Assembly (NCBI RefSeq): GCF_009914755.1 | Contig: NC_060933.1 | Source of the DNA: the human T2T-CHM13v2.0 reference genome, Homo sapiens | Direction: 5' to 3' (one strand) | Length of the DNA stretch: 64,000 nucleotides | Part shown: positions 15,391 to 26,615 of the stretch, one piece after another | Position numbering within the stretch: the stretch's first letter is position 1 | Layout: each line of letters starts with the position of its first letter | Notes under the pieces: generated by a model | The model's database searches: none | Seen by the model: only the letters and a program-made list of their open reading frames with translations | Told to the model about the DNA's origin: nothing | Made by a program: the position numbers and the translations under genes

Positions 15391-16123
15391 TAGTAGTAGA
15401 AAGGCTTAAAACTCAGGGAGAAAAATTATGCCATACATCAGTTTCTCTTCTCCTTCTTCTCTTACATAAAAATATGTCATCAAGCTGTGCCTCTCAGAAA
15501 TGGCATGCAAATGAAATTCAAGATTGGATGACATACAAGTGCTAGGTATTTTTAATACTTGTTTGTTAGAGTGACAACACTTGCAGCTAAACTTTCTGCT
15601 GTGGTTGTTTTAAAACTGTACTTATCTCTGGAGCATCTTTTTCTAAATAATGGAAAGCCAAGGGTTTTCTCAGGCTATTGCAAGAAGAAGAGAGATGGCA
15701 CTCCTATTTTTTCTAAATATTTTCTAGTTTTCTTCCCAGTGGTTTATTCCTGACAGTTTTAATACCTTTTCACAACTTATTTTTAGTCAGTTTTGTAAGC
15801 TATTGTTTTGGATTTGGCAGAAACAACTAAATGAGAGTACACGTTACAGGGCAGAGCACTTGTGATTTTCTAGGGCAGCTGGAGTCTCGATGCCGCACAA
15901 ATGAATTTAATACTATTTTATTTTCCTTTTTATTTCTGAAATGTGGCTCATGTTATTTGCAGGTGGAGATAATGCATTAAAGTCCTAGCAATTGAAAAGA
16001 GTAAATCGTACACTTGATTAATTTGGAAACAGCATGACTCTCAAATTTAGAATGCATTAATGTGTTTGTGGGTTGTTTATAGTCACTGAAATATCTGTCA
16101 TTTGCTTTATTTAAAAATTTCAG

Positions 16124-16710
16124 GTGGAGAAACCTTGCAGTGGTGGCCAAGATTTACTTCTTTATCCAGCTAAGAGAAAGCAGCTTTTGAGAAGTGAACT
16201 GGATACTGAGAAAGTACCTCTATCCCCACTACCTGGTCCCAAACAAACACCACCGTTGAAAGGGTGTCCAACAGTTATGGCAGGAGACTTTAAAGAAAAA
16301 GTGGCAGACCTGCTGGTGAAATACACAAGTGGCCTTTGGGCCAGTGCACTTCCGAAAGCATTTGAGGAAATGTACAAAGTGAAATTCCCTGAGGATGCCT
16401 TAAAAAATCTTGCCTCACTTTCTGATGTATGCAGCATAGACTACATTTCTGGAAATCCCCAGAAGGCCATTCTCTATGCTAAACTTCCATTGCCCACTGA
16501 CAAAATCCAAAAGGATGCAGGGCAAGCACATGGTGATAATGATATCAAGGCTATGGTTGAACAAGAGTATTTGCAGGTAGAAGAAAGCATTGCTGAAAGT
16601 GCTAATACCTTTATGGAGGACATAACAGTTCCTCCTTTAATGATTCCAACTGAAGCATCACCATCTGTATTGGTGGTTGAACTGAGCAACACAAATGAAG
16701 TGGTTATCAG
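16124..16710 (+). CDS. TDRD7: TDRD7 coding exon (probably exon 7, 587 nt); contains the third LOTUS/OST-HTH domain
   Basis: Acceptor tttcag at 16118-16123. Translates VEKPCSGGQD...FKEKVADLLVKYTSGLWASALPKAFEEMYK...NEVVIR, recognised as TDRD7. Donor is ATCAG|gcaagt (GC), required for frame continuity with the next exon. Confidence 0.96.
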
Positions 16711-16805
16711 GCAAGTTTCATTTTCTAATTCTTTAGGATTCTGATATACTTTTGTCACTTGTCTATTCTTCACATGGATGTTGAGGGTTAAAGGAAGAAT
16801 AATAT

Positions 16806-17100
16806 GGCCGGGTGCGGTGGCTCACACCTGTAATCCCAGCACTTTGGGAGGCCGAGGTGGGCGGATCACAAGGTCAGGAGATCGAGACCATCCTGGCTAA
16901 CATGGCGAAACCCCGTCTCTACTAAAAATACAAAAAATTAGCAGGGCGTGGTGGCGGGTGCCTGTAGTCCCAGCTACTCGGGAGGCTGAGGCAAGAGAAT
17001 GGTGTCAACTTGGGAGGTGGAGCTTGCAGTGAGCCAAGATTGTGCCACTGCACTCCAGCCTGGGCGAAAGAGCAAGACTCCATCTCAAAAAAAAAAAAAA
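16806..17100 (+). mobile_element. AluY-like
   Basis: Low-divergence dimer with gagatcgagaccatcctggctaac and an intact A tail; starts 95 nt after the exon donor. Confidence 0.95.
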
Positions 17101-19081
17101 GGATAACATATTCTTAGTTCTATAGAGTTATAGTGAGGCTTAATAATGTATTAATATTTGTTAATTGTTCAAAATATACAGCTATCCTAAGACTACTAAT
17201 AGCTTTAAACATTGGAATGATAATATGAACTTGAAAAAAAGATTCATGTCAAAAGCTTGTTGGTAACTATATTATGTCAAAAGCAATACCTAGTTCGCAG
17301 AAAAGGCAAGTGCCCTACACACTGCATAATACTATTTATAATCTGGGACTATGTAGTATTTCCTAAAAGTAAAAATAGCTCAGAGCTGCTTTCCTTGTAT
17401 AATACATCAGATTAGACCTTGGACCCAAAGGTGCTCTATTTATTTGAGTCTTTCAGTATCGTTGCCTGAGAGGAGGTGTCATTGCCTAAGGCATCATTGC
17501 CTAGGTAGCTAACAATAACTAGAATAACAAAAAACAGTACAGCTCCAGGCACCTGTCTTGGACTTTTGGAGAAAATGCAGAATACGTGGAAAATATAGAA
17601 AGACTATAATTTGCAGTCTCCATTTGGGAAAAAGAATGGGAACCTATGTAGCTGAACCCCTGGAGGTACCAGTCCAGGGTGTGGCCATGGCTGGGCAGAT
17701 CAGAAAAATGCTGAAGCAAACAGAATCTGGGCTCCTTCAACCAAATGGTCCTTTGGTTTGGGCTGTCCCTCCTCCAGAGACCCATAACTGAGATGGAAAA
17801 GCCCAAAGAAGAACCACAAAAAATAATTAGAATCCTTCAATGAAAGAAGAGCTCAAAAATTTAAAGCTCTTCCATTTGAACAAATGAAATCTGAGTAGAT
17901 AATAGAGTGAACCTAGTATCTTCAGATGCTCAAACTGGAAGAACCTCCAGAAACTTTAGAGAGGATAAAGCTTTTATTCTAAGATGTGGTGTGGCCTGAA
18001 GATATAAATAGGTTGCTGAAGGCTAGAGGTCCCAATATGTTTCACTATTGTATTGAAGTAAAGGAAAGATATTGAAGGCCACATTACCACCTTTTACCAT
18101 TTGACTATACTATAAAGAAACTTACACGGCAGGATCCTTTGGTATCTGTAACTAGTAACTGTTGGTGCCATAGTCAGAGACCAAGCACCGGGCCAGACCA
18201 ATCACATGGTTTCTGTTGTTCACACCAAGGTTTGTCAAGGATGATTATGTCCAGGGTCGTCAGATTATTTAAATACCTTATCCCAGTAGGAATTTAAATC
18301 CTGGAGTCAGCATTTTATGTGTTCAGCAGAGTGGCTGGCAACCAGCAAGCAAGATGGGTAATGTCTGCCATTAGGTTGACCTTAGGTTATTGGCTTCTGC
18401 CCTCCCCACAAGACTTTGCAAACCTCCACCAGACTGAACCCTGTTCTGTACTGGCATCTTCACCCAGGCAGGCAGTAGGCACTGGAAGCTGGATCTCTGG
18501 CTCATTAGGGCCTGGAGGGTACTATGGCAGAACCCTCATCTCAAATATGGGAATCCCTTGTCTCAGAAATTAACTTTGTAAAACTTTGTATTTAGGGCAT
18601 CTCTAAATTGGCCTATCCATCATTCTTTGCCCCCCTTGCTCAGGTAATTTGAGGATAATATATGACCTCATTCTCGTCATTACCCACTGTCATACAAGCT
18701 GTAATGTCAGTCCTGCACTGTGCCTCATCCAACACCGTCCATCTTCCCCCTATCTGTGCAGCCCTCCTTCTCTCCTGGCTGCTTAAGAGAAGAGAAGCTG
18801 CCTGCAGATCCCAAGCCATTTCTCATCACCTTCCTCCCTTCTGGCAGGAGCCTGTGTTTGGCAGACCACCACATCAGGGCTGCAGCCCAGGCCTCTGCCA
18901 GTTGAGCACCCAGGGCTACATAGCAGCACTAGGGGGAGGCCCAGTGAGACTCTAGGTCCCAGCAAATGGGCAGTCGGGTGCAGTTGCAGACCTTCTGGAG
19001 GACTTCAGAGCCAAGAGTGCAACTGCATTCAAGGCAGTGCCTTAGTATTTGCAAAGCTCAATACATTTAAATGATAATACC

Positions 19082-19200
19082 TGGCTCAGTGACACATACA
19101 CATCCTCCCAACTACTCAGCAGGCTGAAGTGGGAGGATTGCTTGAGCCCAAGAGTCCAACCTAGGTAACACAGCAGTGAAACCCTGTCTCAAAAAAAAAA
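19082..19200 (+). mobile_element. Alu monomer (FLAM-like)
   Basis: ggctgaagtgggaggattgcttgagccc...ccctgtctcaaaaaaaaaa. Confidence 0.75.
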
Positions 19201-20314
19201 TTAAACTATAAGAGTATGGCAAAGCTTCTGCAGCTATTTCTGAAGCCAATAATATGCACATAATATTTCATTTTAAAATAGCCATTGCACATGGTTTCCA
19301 TTTTGTGTAGGACTTTCTGAGTTTTGTTTTTTTTTTTTTTTTTCTCCTTGTAATGAATAGCTTGACTATGGCATCTTCTGCCCTGCTGATAATTACCAAG
19401 AATACATAGAAATAGTCCTAAAGGAACCATTTCTTAGAGCTGTACAGGCCTACTTGGAGCCTGGGTGAAACCTGGAACAATACAAAGAACAAGGTTCTTG
19501 TGGCATCTCCCCTGTCTCCTGGGCCAAGTGATGCTGGTGCTGTTAGAGTATAGCCTTCCAGCTAAAAAGGCCTCGATCCTATGGCTGGGACAGCTTCTCT
19601 TACATGACCCAAACTTGATATGCCAGGTTTTACACCCTAGAAGGAGACCCTGGACGAAATCATCTCTGAGGACTAAAGCGCAAGAAAACAGTAGCCTGTT
19701 TTGATAACATGAACTGGAACAAGGTGACCACAGTTGTCAACAGTAGAAAAGTGTAGAAAGGAATAAGGACATAATCCTGAAAAAAAATATTTCTCAACAA
19801 GCATACAGTTTTAGAGACATTTGACTAGAATATGGTACCTCTTTTAAGGGTATCAGAAGTCAACATTTTGTTGTAATTTGTTCAAATTCTTTAATAAGTT
19901 TGGAGGGGGGGTGTCAACGTCGTGTTTAGTGTACTCACAGCTTTGTTTTTTCTCTAGTAAAATTTCATTGCTTTTCAAAGCTTGACCCAGCCCTAGTTAG
20001 GTTAAAACTATGTTCTAGAGTCTCTTCTTAGTAATCTGTAAAGATTTCCAGCAGCCTTAGTCAAGATCCAGCATCGACCCTCACTTCTCTGGCCTCCAGG
20101 CCTCCCTTGGTGTCTCCATTTTCCACGTCTCCTCCTCTCTCCCCTTCCTGACTTTTCTCAGCCTTGTCCTTCCTGAGGACACTATCGCTGCTTCCTGTTA
20201 TGCCCTCTCGTTGTCTGGATTGCTCCACGTTTCCTTTGTTGTGGGATATGTTGGACCAAATGTTTGCTGTGTTGTTTGGTGTGTGTTTTGTGCAGTCTCC
20301 ATTGTCCCTTATCT

Positions 20315-20601
20315 GAGAGGGAGTCTCACTCTGTCATCCAGGCTGGAGTGCAGTGGTGTGATCTTGGCTCACTGCAACCTGCAACTTCCACCTCCTGGGT
20401 TCAAGCGATTCTCCTGCCTTAGCCTCCCAAGTAGCTGGGACTACAGGCGCCCACCCCCACACCCAGCTAATTTTTGTATTTTTAGTAGAGATAGGATTTC
20501 ACCATATTGGCCAGGCTGGTCTCAAACTCCTGACCTTGTGATCTGCCTGCCTCGGCCTCCCAGAGTGCTGGGATTACAGGTGTGAGCCACTGTGACCAGC
20601 C
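20315..20601 (-). mobile_element. Alu (AluS-like), tailless
   Basis: Antisense dimer flanked directly by TSD CCCTTATCT (20306-20314 and 20602-20610). Confidence 0.93.
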
Positions 20602-20787
20602 CCCTTATCTTCTTTTTCAAGAGATAAGTATTTCACTGAATACACGTTCTCCTCCCTGTTGATATAAGCAAGTCTGAGACTGGAACCAAAGATGGCAGCA
20701 GGGAAAAAAGAAGGACAAAAACGAATTCCTATTGCTTTTCTTCTTCTAGGTTACTTCATTTGCATTCTCTTCTTTTAACTGATTCAG

Positions 20788-20974
20788 GTATGTGGGCAAA
20801 GACTATTCTGCTGCTCAGGAATTAATGGAAGATGAGATGAAGGAATATTACAGTAAGAATCCTAAGATCACACCAGTCCAGGCTGTGAATGTTGGGCAGT
20901 TGCTGGCCGTAAATGCCGAGGAGGACGCCTGGTTACGGGCACAGGTCATCTCAACAGAAGAGAACAAAATAAAG
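20788..20974 (+). CDS. TDRD7: TDRD7 coding exon (probably exon 8, 187 nt); start of Tudor 1
   Basis: Acceptor gattcag|G TAT GTG. Encodes [13 protein letters not shown]...[16 protein letters not shown]. Donor AAG|gcaagc (GC). Confidence 0.95.
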
Positions 20975-22419
20975 GCAAGCACTGTTTACTTTGTCATAGC
21001 ATTATGGATACAAATACCTTATTATTTTCCAAATGTAAATATTTTTTACATTTTTGAAATTTAAATGTTGTATCCTATAATTAAATGTAGTTTTCAATGG
21101 AAGTTGAAAAGATAATATCTGTAAAAGGTTATCCCTGTCAGCCTTTAAATTCGTGGTAGTTATTATTATCTCAGAGTTTTAGTTAAAAAAATAAATTCCC
21201 CATGGGAGTATTCATAACACATTATCCAATCAGGGAAAGACACTTCCTATTCCTAGGGGATGTATAATGAATACTGACCAGAACTCTGTGGGCCTCTTAT
21301 CAAGGCCAGTACTTCGGAGTGAGGGAAGCCATACAGACCAAAGGAGACAATTCTTCTTCTCCCTCTTCTGTAGCCAAGACACAGGTCCTTCTCCACAGCT
21401 GCTCCCAGCGTAGCCCTCTCCACCCTCTTGAAAAGGCCAGTGGGCCCGTTTGCCACTTGCTTCCATCAGCAGACTCTTCTGGGCTTGGCTACATTCGTGG
21501 ATATCAGCCTCTGCCCTTTGCCTCTTCATACTGTCAATGCAGAGACCAAGAAGCACAGTTTCCCTGAGAGCGGTAGTGTCTCAGGGCCTTGGAACACCCA
21601 AATAACATGCAGAGAAATTAGGTATTAGCTCCGTGTGCTGTGTGGTCAGTTGTACTAGTGTATTTTTAATGTGTTACTTCTTTCTATCTTGGTGGAAGCT
21701 GTGTGTCTATTTGGAATTTATCCTTTGAATAATGGGCCTGCTACTTGATAGAGAATTTGGAGGGAGAGAAAGTCTTTTCTTTCTCGATTGTTAAGATGTC
21801 TCCCTTCCCTAAAGGGAAATGCGCTTTAAGACTTGGGTTCATTTCTGTCCTTCATGATGGGAAGGACACTGTGTAGAAGGGTGACCCTAGTTCCCCACTT
21901 CTATAGTCCCTTGTATTTATACAGAGCGCTCTTGGACTGTGAGGGGAATGTATCTAAGATCTTTTGGTTTTCTCTAGATTTTGCAAGCAGGGAAATATGT
22001 TTCTATTTCTGCAGCCTCTGTTCCATAATACAAAACCTTATTCCATGTGCCACTATCAGCCGCCAGCCAGTAATCCTGTATGTGTCACTGAGTGCAAATG
22101 ACCAGTCCCTGAACACAGGCTTAAGTCCATCAGTTACTGGCCACTGAACCCTAGCTACAAGTGGGAGTTAGGAGGTCAGAAAGGGATACTGCTGTTTCTT
22201 AGCAGGTTGCTCAATAGGAGAGGCCCTGACCCTCTCCAGAAGTAAGCTCACCCAACCACCCAGCCACCCTTTCCCATTTGCAGAGGCATTTAGGAAACTC
22301 CCCAGCTGAATCTACAGAGGCACAAATTTTAAGTAATTTGACTGACTTTAAAAATCTGAAAATTGGAAAATAGTTTGCCAGTTTCTTACGAACACTTAAC
22401 CATATGACCCCTAAGGCCC

Positions 22420-22910
22420 ACAAGGTGTCTTGTACATACATGTGTGTTGCAGTATTATTATTAATAGCCCCAAACTGGACACAGCCCAAATGTTCACCAA
22501 CAGGTGGATCATAAAAACAAATTATAGTTTATTCATGTAGTAGAACACTGTTAACAATACAAAGGAATTAACTACTGATATAAATAGTTTCATGGACAAA
22601 CCTCACAGATTTTGTGCTGAGCAAAAGAAGCCAGGCACAAGAGAGTAATGTATAATTTCATGTAAATGATGTCTAAGAGCAGGTAAAATTCATCTGCAGT
22701 GATAGAAATCAGATCAGTGGTTGCCTGGGACAGGAGGTGGAGGGGGGCTAATTGCAAAGGGCAAAAGGAGACTTTTTGGGGTGGTGTAAATGGTCTATAT
22801 GTTGATTATGGTGATGATTATATGGATGTATACATTGATCAAAGCCCATCAAACTGTATTGTAAACAGGTATCTTTTATTCAGTGTAAATTATACTTGGA
22901 TAAAGTTTGA
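22420..22910 (+). mobile_element. Old L1 (L1ME-like) 3' end
   Basis: aatagccccaaactggacacagcccaaatgttcacc...gcaaaagaagccaggcacaag...gatcagtggttgcctggg. Confidence 0.75.
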
Positions 22911-23439
22911 AACCTGGAAGAAGCTAAGGACCACAATGGTCACTGGACCAAAGGAGAACACAGGGCTTGGGCACTAGTCCTGAGTCTGCCTGTATTTGGG
23001 TGTGTGCCTTTGGTCAAGTCCCTCCATTCCTCTGGGTCTCTAGTTGATAGGAGATAACTATCCCTAAACGTTCCTAGATAAACTTCTGTTTCCTGGCCAT
23101 TTCACTCCCCCGGCCCTTAGGAAGTTCAACAAAAGCTAAGCTATTTTGAGGCACAGAGATTTCTTATGAAGAGAAGAATCATACGTAAATCCTAATGACA
23201 CATTAACAGTGTAACAATATTTACAATAAATAATGCAGCTATTCCACAAGGATATCTCCCAGTCTGAAGTCTATAGGGCAGTCACTTTCTTTCCTCCCTC
23301 CCTCCTTCTACTTTGGGAATTCAGGCTCTCGTGTCAGATAGAACTGAGTCTCAGCTTTGCCATTTCTAGCTGTGTGGCCTTAGGAAAGTTATTTAACTTC
23401 CCTGATTGCTTATCTGTAAATTCAAACACTCCCATCGTG

Positions 23440-24350
23440 TTGTATATACCTGATACACTTTTTCACTTTTTACTGGAGCCAAGAACAAAACATACAAGTC
23501 CTTCTTCTCAAGAAGCTTACATTCTAGTGAGAAGAGAGAGATGACAAGCATACAGTAAACACACAAAACAATTTTAGTACAATGAAGGAAATAACCAATA
23601 AAGGAAATAACTATGATAGAAAATAACTCTGAAGCAAGAGATAGGCAGAGTGATGTGATCTCATTTAGATGCTTCAGAAATCATTCTGGGACTGTTGTGG
23701 GGGAATGGATTGTATTATAGTAGGGCACAGAAGGAAAGTAATACTGGTTAGGTGGCTGTTGTAATAGCCAGCTACCTTGTAACCTGGATTAGTGAAGATG
23801 GAGGTAGTGGAAGAGATTCAGGATATATTTGGAGGTAGAACTGACAGGACACTGACCTGTTGGAAGTGGATGGTAAGCAAAAGAGAAGATTCAAGATAAG
23901 CTACTGGGTTTGGGGCTTGAGCAATTGACTAGATATTGGTGCCATTTGTTGAAATTGGGAAGTCAGAGAGAAAAACCATTGTGGAGAACAATTGAGAATT
24001 TCATAGGACCTGCTAGGTTTGAGAATAGCTATCAGATGTCACATGGATGAATTTGGAGCTCAGGGAGCAGTTAGGACTGGAGATGTGTCAGGTTGGGAGG
24101 CATCAGCATATAGGTGCTATGTGAAATCACAGGACAAGATGAGATCCCCTAGAGAGAGAATACACGTAGAGAGGAGGAGGGGCCTGGGCCCAGGTCCTGA
24201 AACCCTTCAGTATTTACATGGAGGCATAAGGGGAGCAGAAAAGCCTGTAAAGATGGCCAAAGAAGAAAAACCAAGAGAGTGGTGTCACAGAAGCCAGAAA
24301 AAGAAAGCGTCTCATAAAGAAGGGAGTGACCAGCCTCGTCATTGCTGCTG
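23440..24350 (-). mobile_element. L2 fragment (preceded by a MIR at about 23320-23430)
   Basis: aagcttacattctagtg...ggatatatttggaggtagaactgacaggac...gatgagatcccctagagagag. Confidence 0.7.
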
Positions 24351-26503
24351 AGAATTATGGGCTGGATGTGAAGAATAAAAAAGGTAGCTCGGTATTTTGT
24401 GCAGTAGCAAGCTCTTGGGACAGCGGTGATTGTAGCAATCCGGGCCTGAACTTGTTCCCCACATCCCCTTGAAGCTGACAGAGATGATTTCTCCCTTTAT
24501 TTGGAGAAACCCCAGCTACTTAGCACCAGTCTTGCTTCGCTTGAATTGAACTTTGTCTGGTGGTAAGTACTGATTCCTTCCTTGCTTTCCCTGTCAGATC
24601 CTTGGTGAGTAGGAGAAACAGGAGATGTGGTCACCCGCTGAGGCTGGTGCCAGTTTGGCCTGACCCAGGCCCACATCCCAGGGGAGTCTGCTGGGTGATA
24701 GGTAGTGCTGGGAGACCTTTGGCCACTTGATGGTGCCAGAGAACCAGGAATGGACTGGGGCCTTATGCCAGATTATGTGACTACTGGCCCTGATCCCAGG
24801 ACATTAGAGAGAGAGAGACTACTGAGCCCTCACAGAGCAAAGGACACAGAGCAGAGTGTGGTGAGAGTCACACTGGCCAATGCATGGACAAGTGTTTTAT
24901 AAACTGCAGTTGCCATACAAACATGTATGATTAAAAACAAGAAAAGAAGCTACAAACAGTTCAGAAACACTTTCTTTTGAGGCTTTGGAGCAGTTATTCT
25001 TTAATCTGTTCTTGTGCTAAGAATACATTCTGAATTTCCCAGGAGTCATGATTTCACATGCTATGTCCTATTGTCAGACCACGTTACCTCCATTTTGGGC
25101 CTGGGAAGAACAGAATCTAAGTTGTAGGTGGTGATAGCTATTAAAGGAAATGAAAGCTGCCTGACTCCTGAGGCCTATGAGAAGCAAAAGCAGGTGCTAA
25201 TTTAGGATTGGAGAAATAGACTTGTGCACTTAAATGGCCAGCTGCCTGACATGCAGCCCTACCAGCGATCTAGGCCTAAGTCAGTGTTGAGTCAGATGTG
25301 GATTCTAAGAGATGGTCTTTCTGATACAAGGTAGACAGGCCCCACAGGCCCGCTTATCACATGGCCAAGGAAAGGAGTTAGTGGTGTCTTCTGCTTTTTT
25401 CCCTTAGATTCTCTGCTGGGAAGGGTTTTTGTTTCGTGTGTTTAGTACCATAATCTAGGTACTAAGAAGCTGGCCTGTGGACTTTATTTTCAGGGAGGCA
25501 GTGAAAGGAACCTACCTCATGTTACTTGGTATTAAGGCCAAGACTTTGCCCTGGTGTTTGTTGTTTTGTTTGCTTTGTTTCTTTCAATAACCATCATCTC
25601 CTTTAATTAGAGATGCATATTAGGTTTTCAACATTTCCCTTAGATTCTTAGTTATTCTAAACCATAGCTTAATGTTTCTAGATTTTTATTTTTCTCAAAA
25701 AAAGGCTTTGTGTTTATATAATCCTTTTAAACTGAAGATTCTATAAATATTCTTAAAAATAATATCCAGGCTCTTAACAGTCTGTGCTAATGGTGAGGAA
25801 AAGTTGTTCAGGTTTCTGCAAACACAGACCTCTGTTCAGCAGACTTAGGGCCTTTTGCTGAGCTGAAAGAAGACCTAACCCAGCTTCACACCCTTGAAAA
25901 AAATAGGTACGCCTGTTTTTTAGTTTAGAATTCCATGTTGTTCAGCAGTGATACCATTGTTGTCATTGATGAAGCATCTCGGTCCCTGGAAGCACAGTAG
26001 CTGAGAATAGCCATCACAAATGCTGCTTTGGGGATTTAGAATCTGATAAATACCACAAGGATGATGCCTGCCATAGAAACAAATACTGCTGTCCAGGGAA
26101 CGGGTGGAAATGTGTAACTCAAAAAAGAATAAGCTGATATAGGCATTATGATATTAATGAAAGCACCAAAGGGGAGGGGAGCAGAGTTGGCAGAACCAGG
26201 TAGATAGGCTGCTGAAAGACTGGCGACAGCAAGGTGGCAGGGCTGAGCAGTCTTGTTCTTCCCATTGAAGGGGTAGGGTGAGGTAGAAGACTGGGACCTG
26301 GAACTAGGACCCCTGGTTTCCTTGGTCTCAGCTCCAGCCTTTCTCTTCTGTGGTAAGTCAGGGGCACCTCCCCAGCTTTTTCCAGGTGCCACTCTGCCAC
26401 TCAGCTTGCTGATCATGGAATAAGATTGAGCCAATTAAGTGTATCAAATGAATTTTTTAAAGAGAGGATAAAGAACTAAACATTCTGTGTTTTTAATCAT
26501 TAG

Positions 26504-26615
26504 GTATGCTATGTTGACTATGGTTTTAGTGAAAATGTTGAAAAAAGCAAAGCATACAAATTAAACCCGAAGTTTTGTTCACTCTCATTTCAAGCTACAA
26601 AATGTAAGCTTGCAG
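26504..26615 (+). CDS. TDRD7: TDRD7 coding exon (probably exon 9, 112 nt)
   Basis: cattag|GTATGC...CTTGCAG|gtaaga. Encodes VCYVDYGFSENVEK...FQATKCKLA, with the Tudor YVDYG motif. Not in the ORF track; read by hand. Confidence 0.96.

Noticed and set aside
16711-16744. ORF-track extension QVSFSNSLGF (and similar tails on other exons) as real protein
   Set aside because: Intronic read-through past the splice donors; the spliced frame continues in the next exon.
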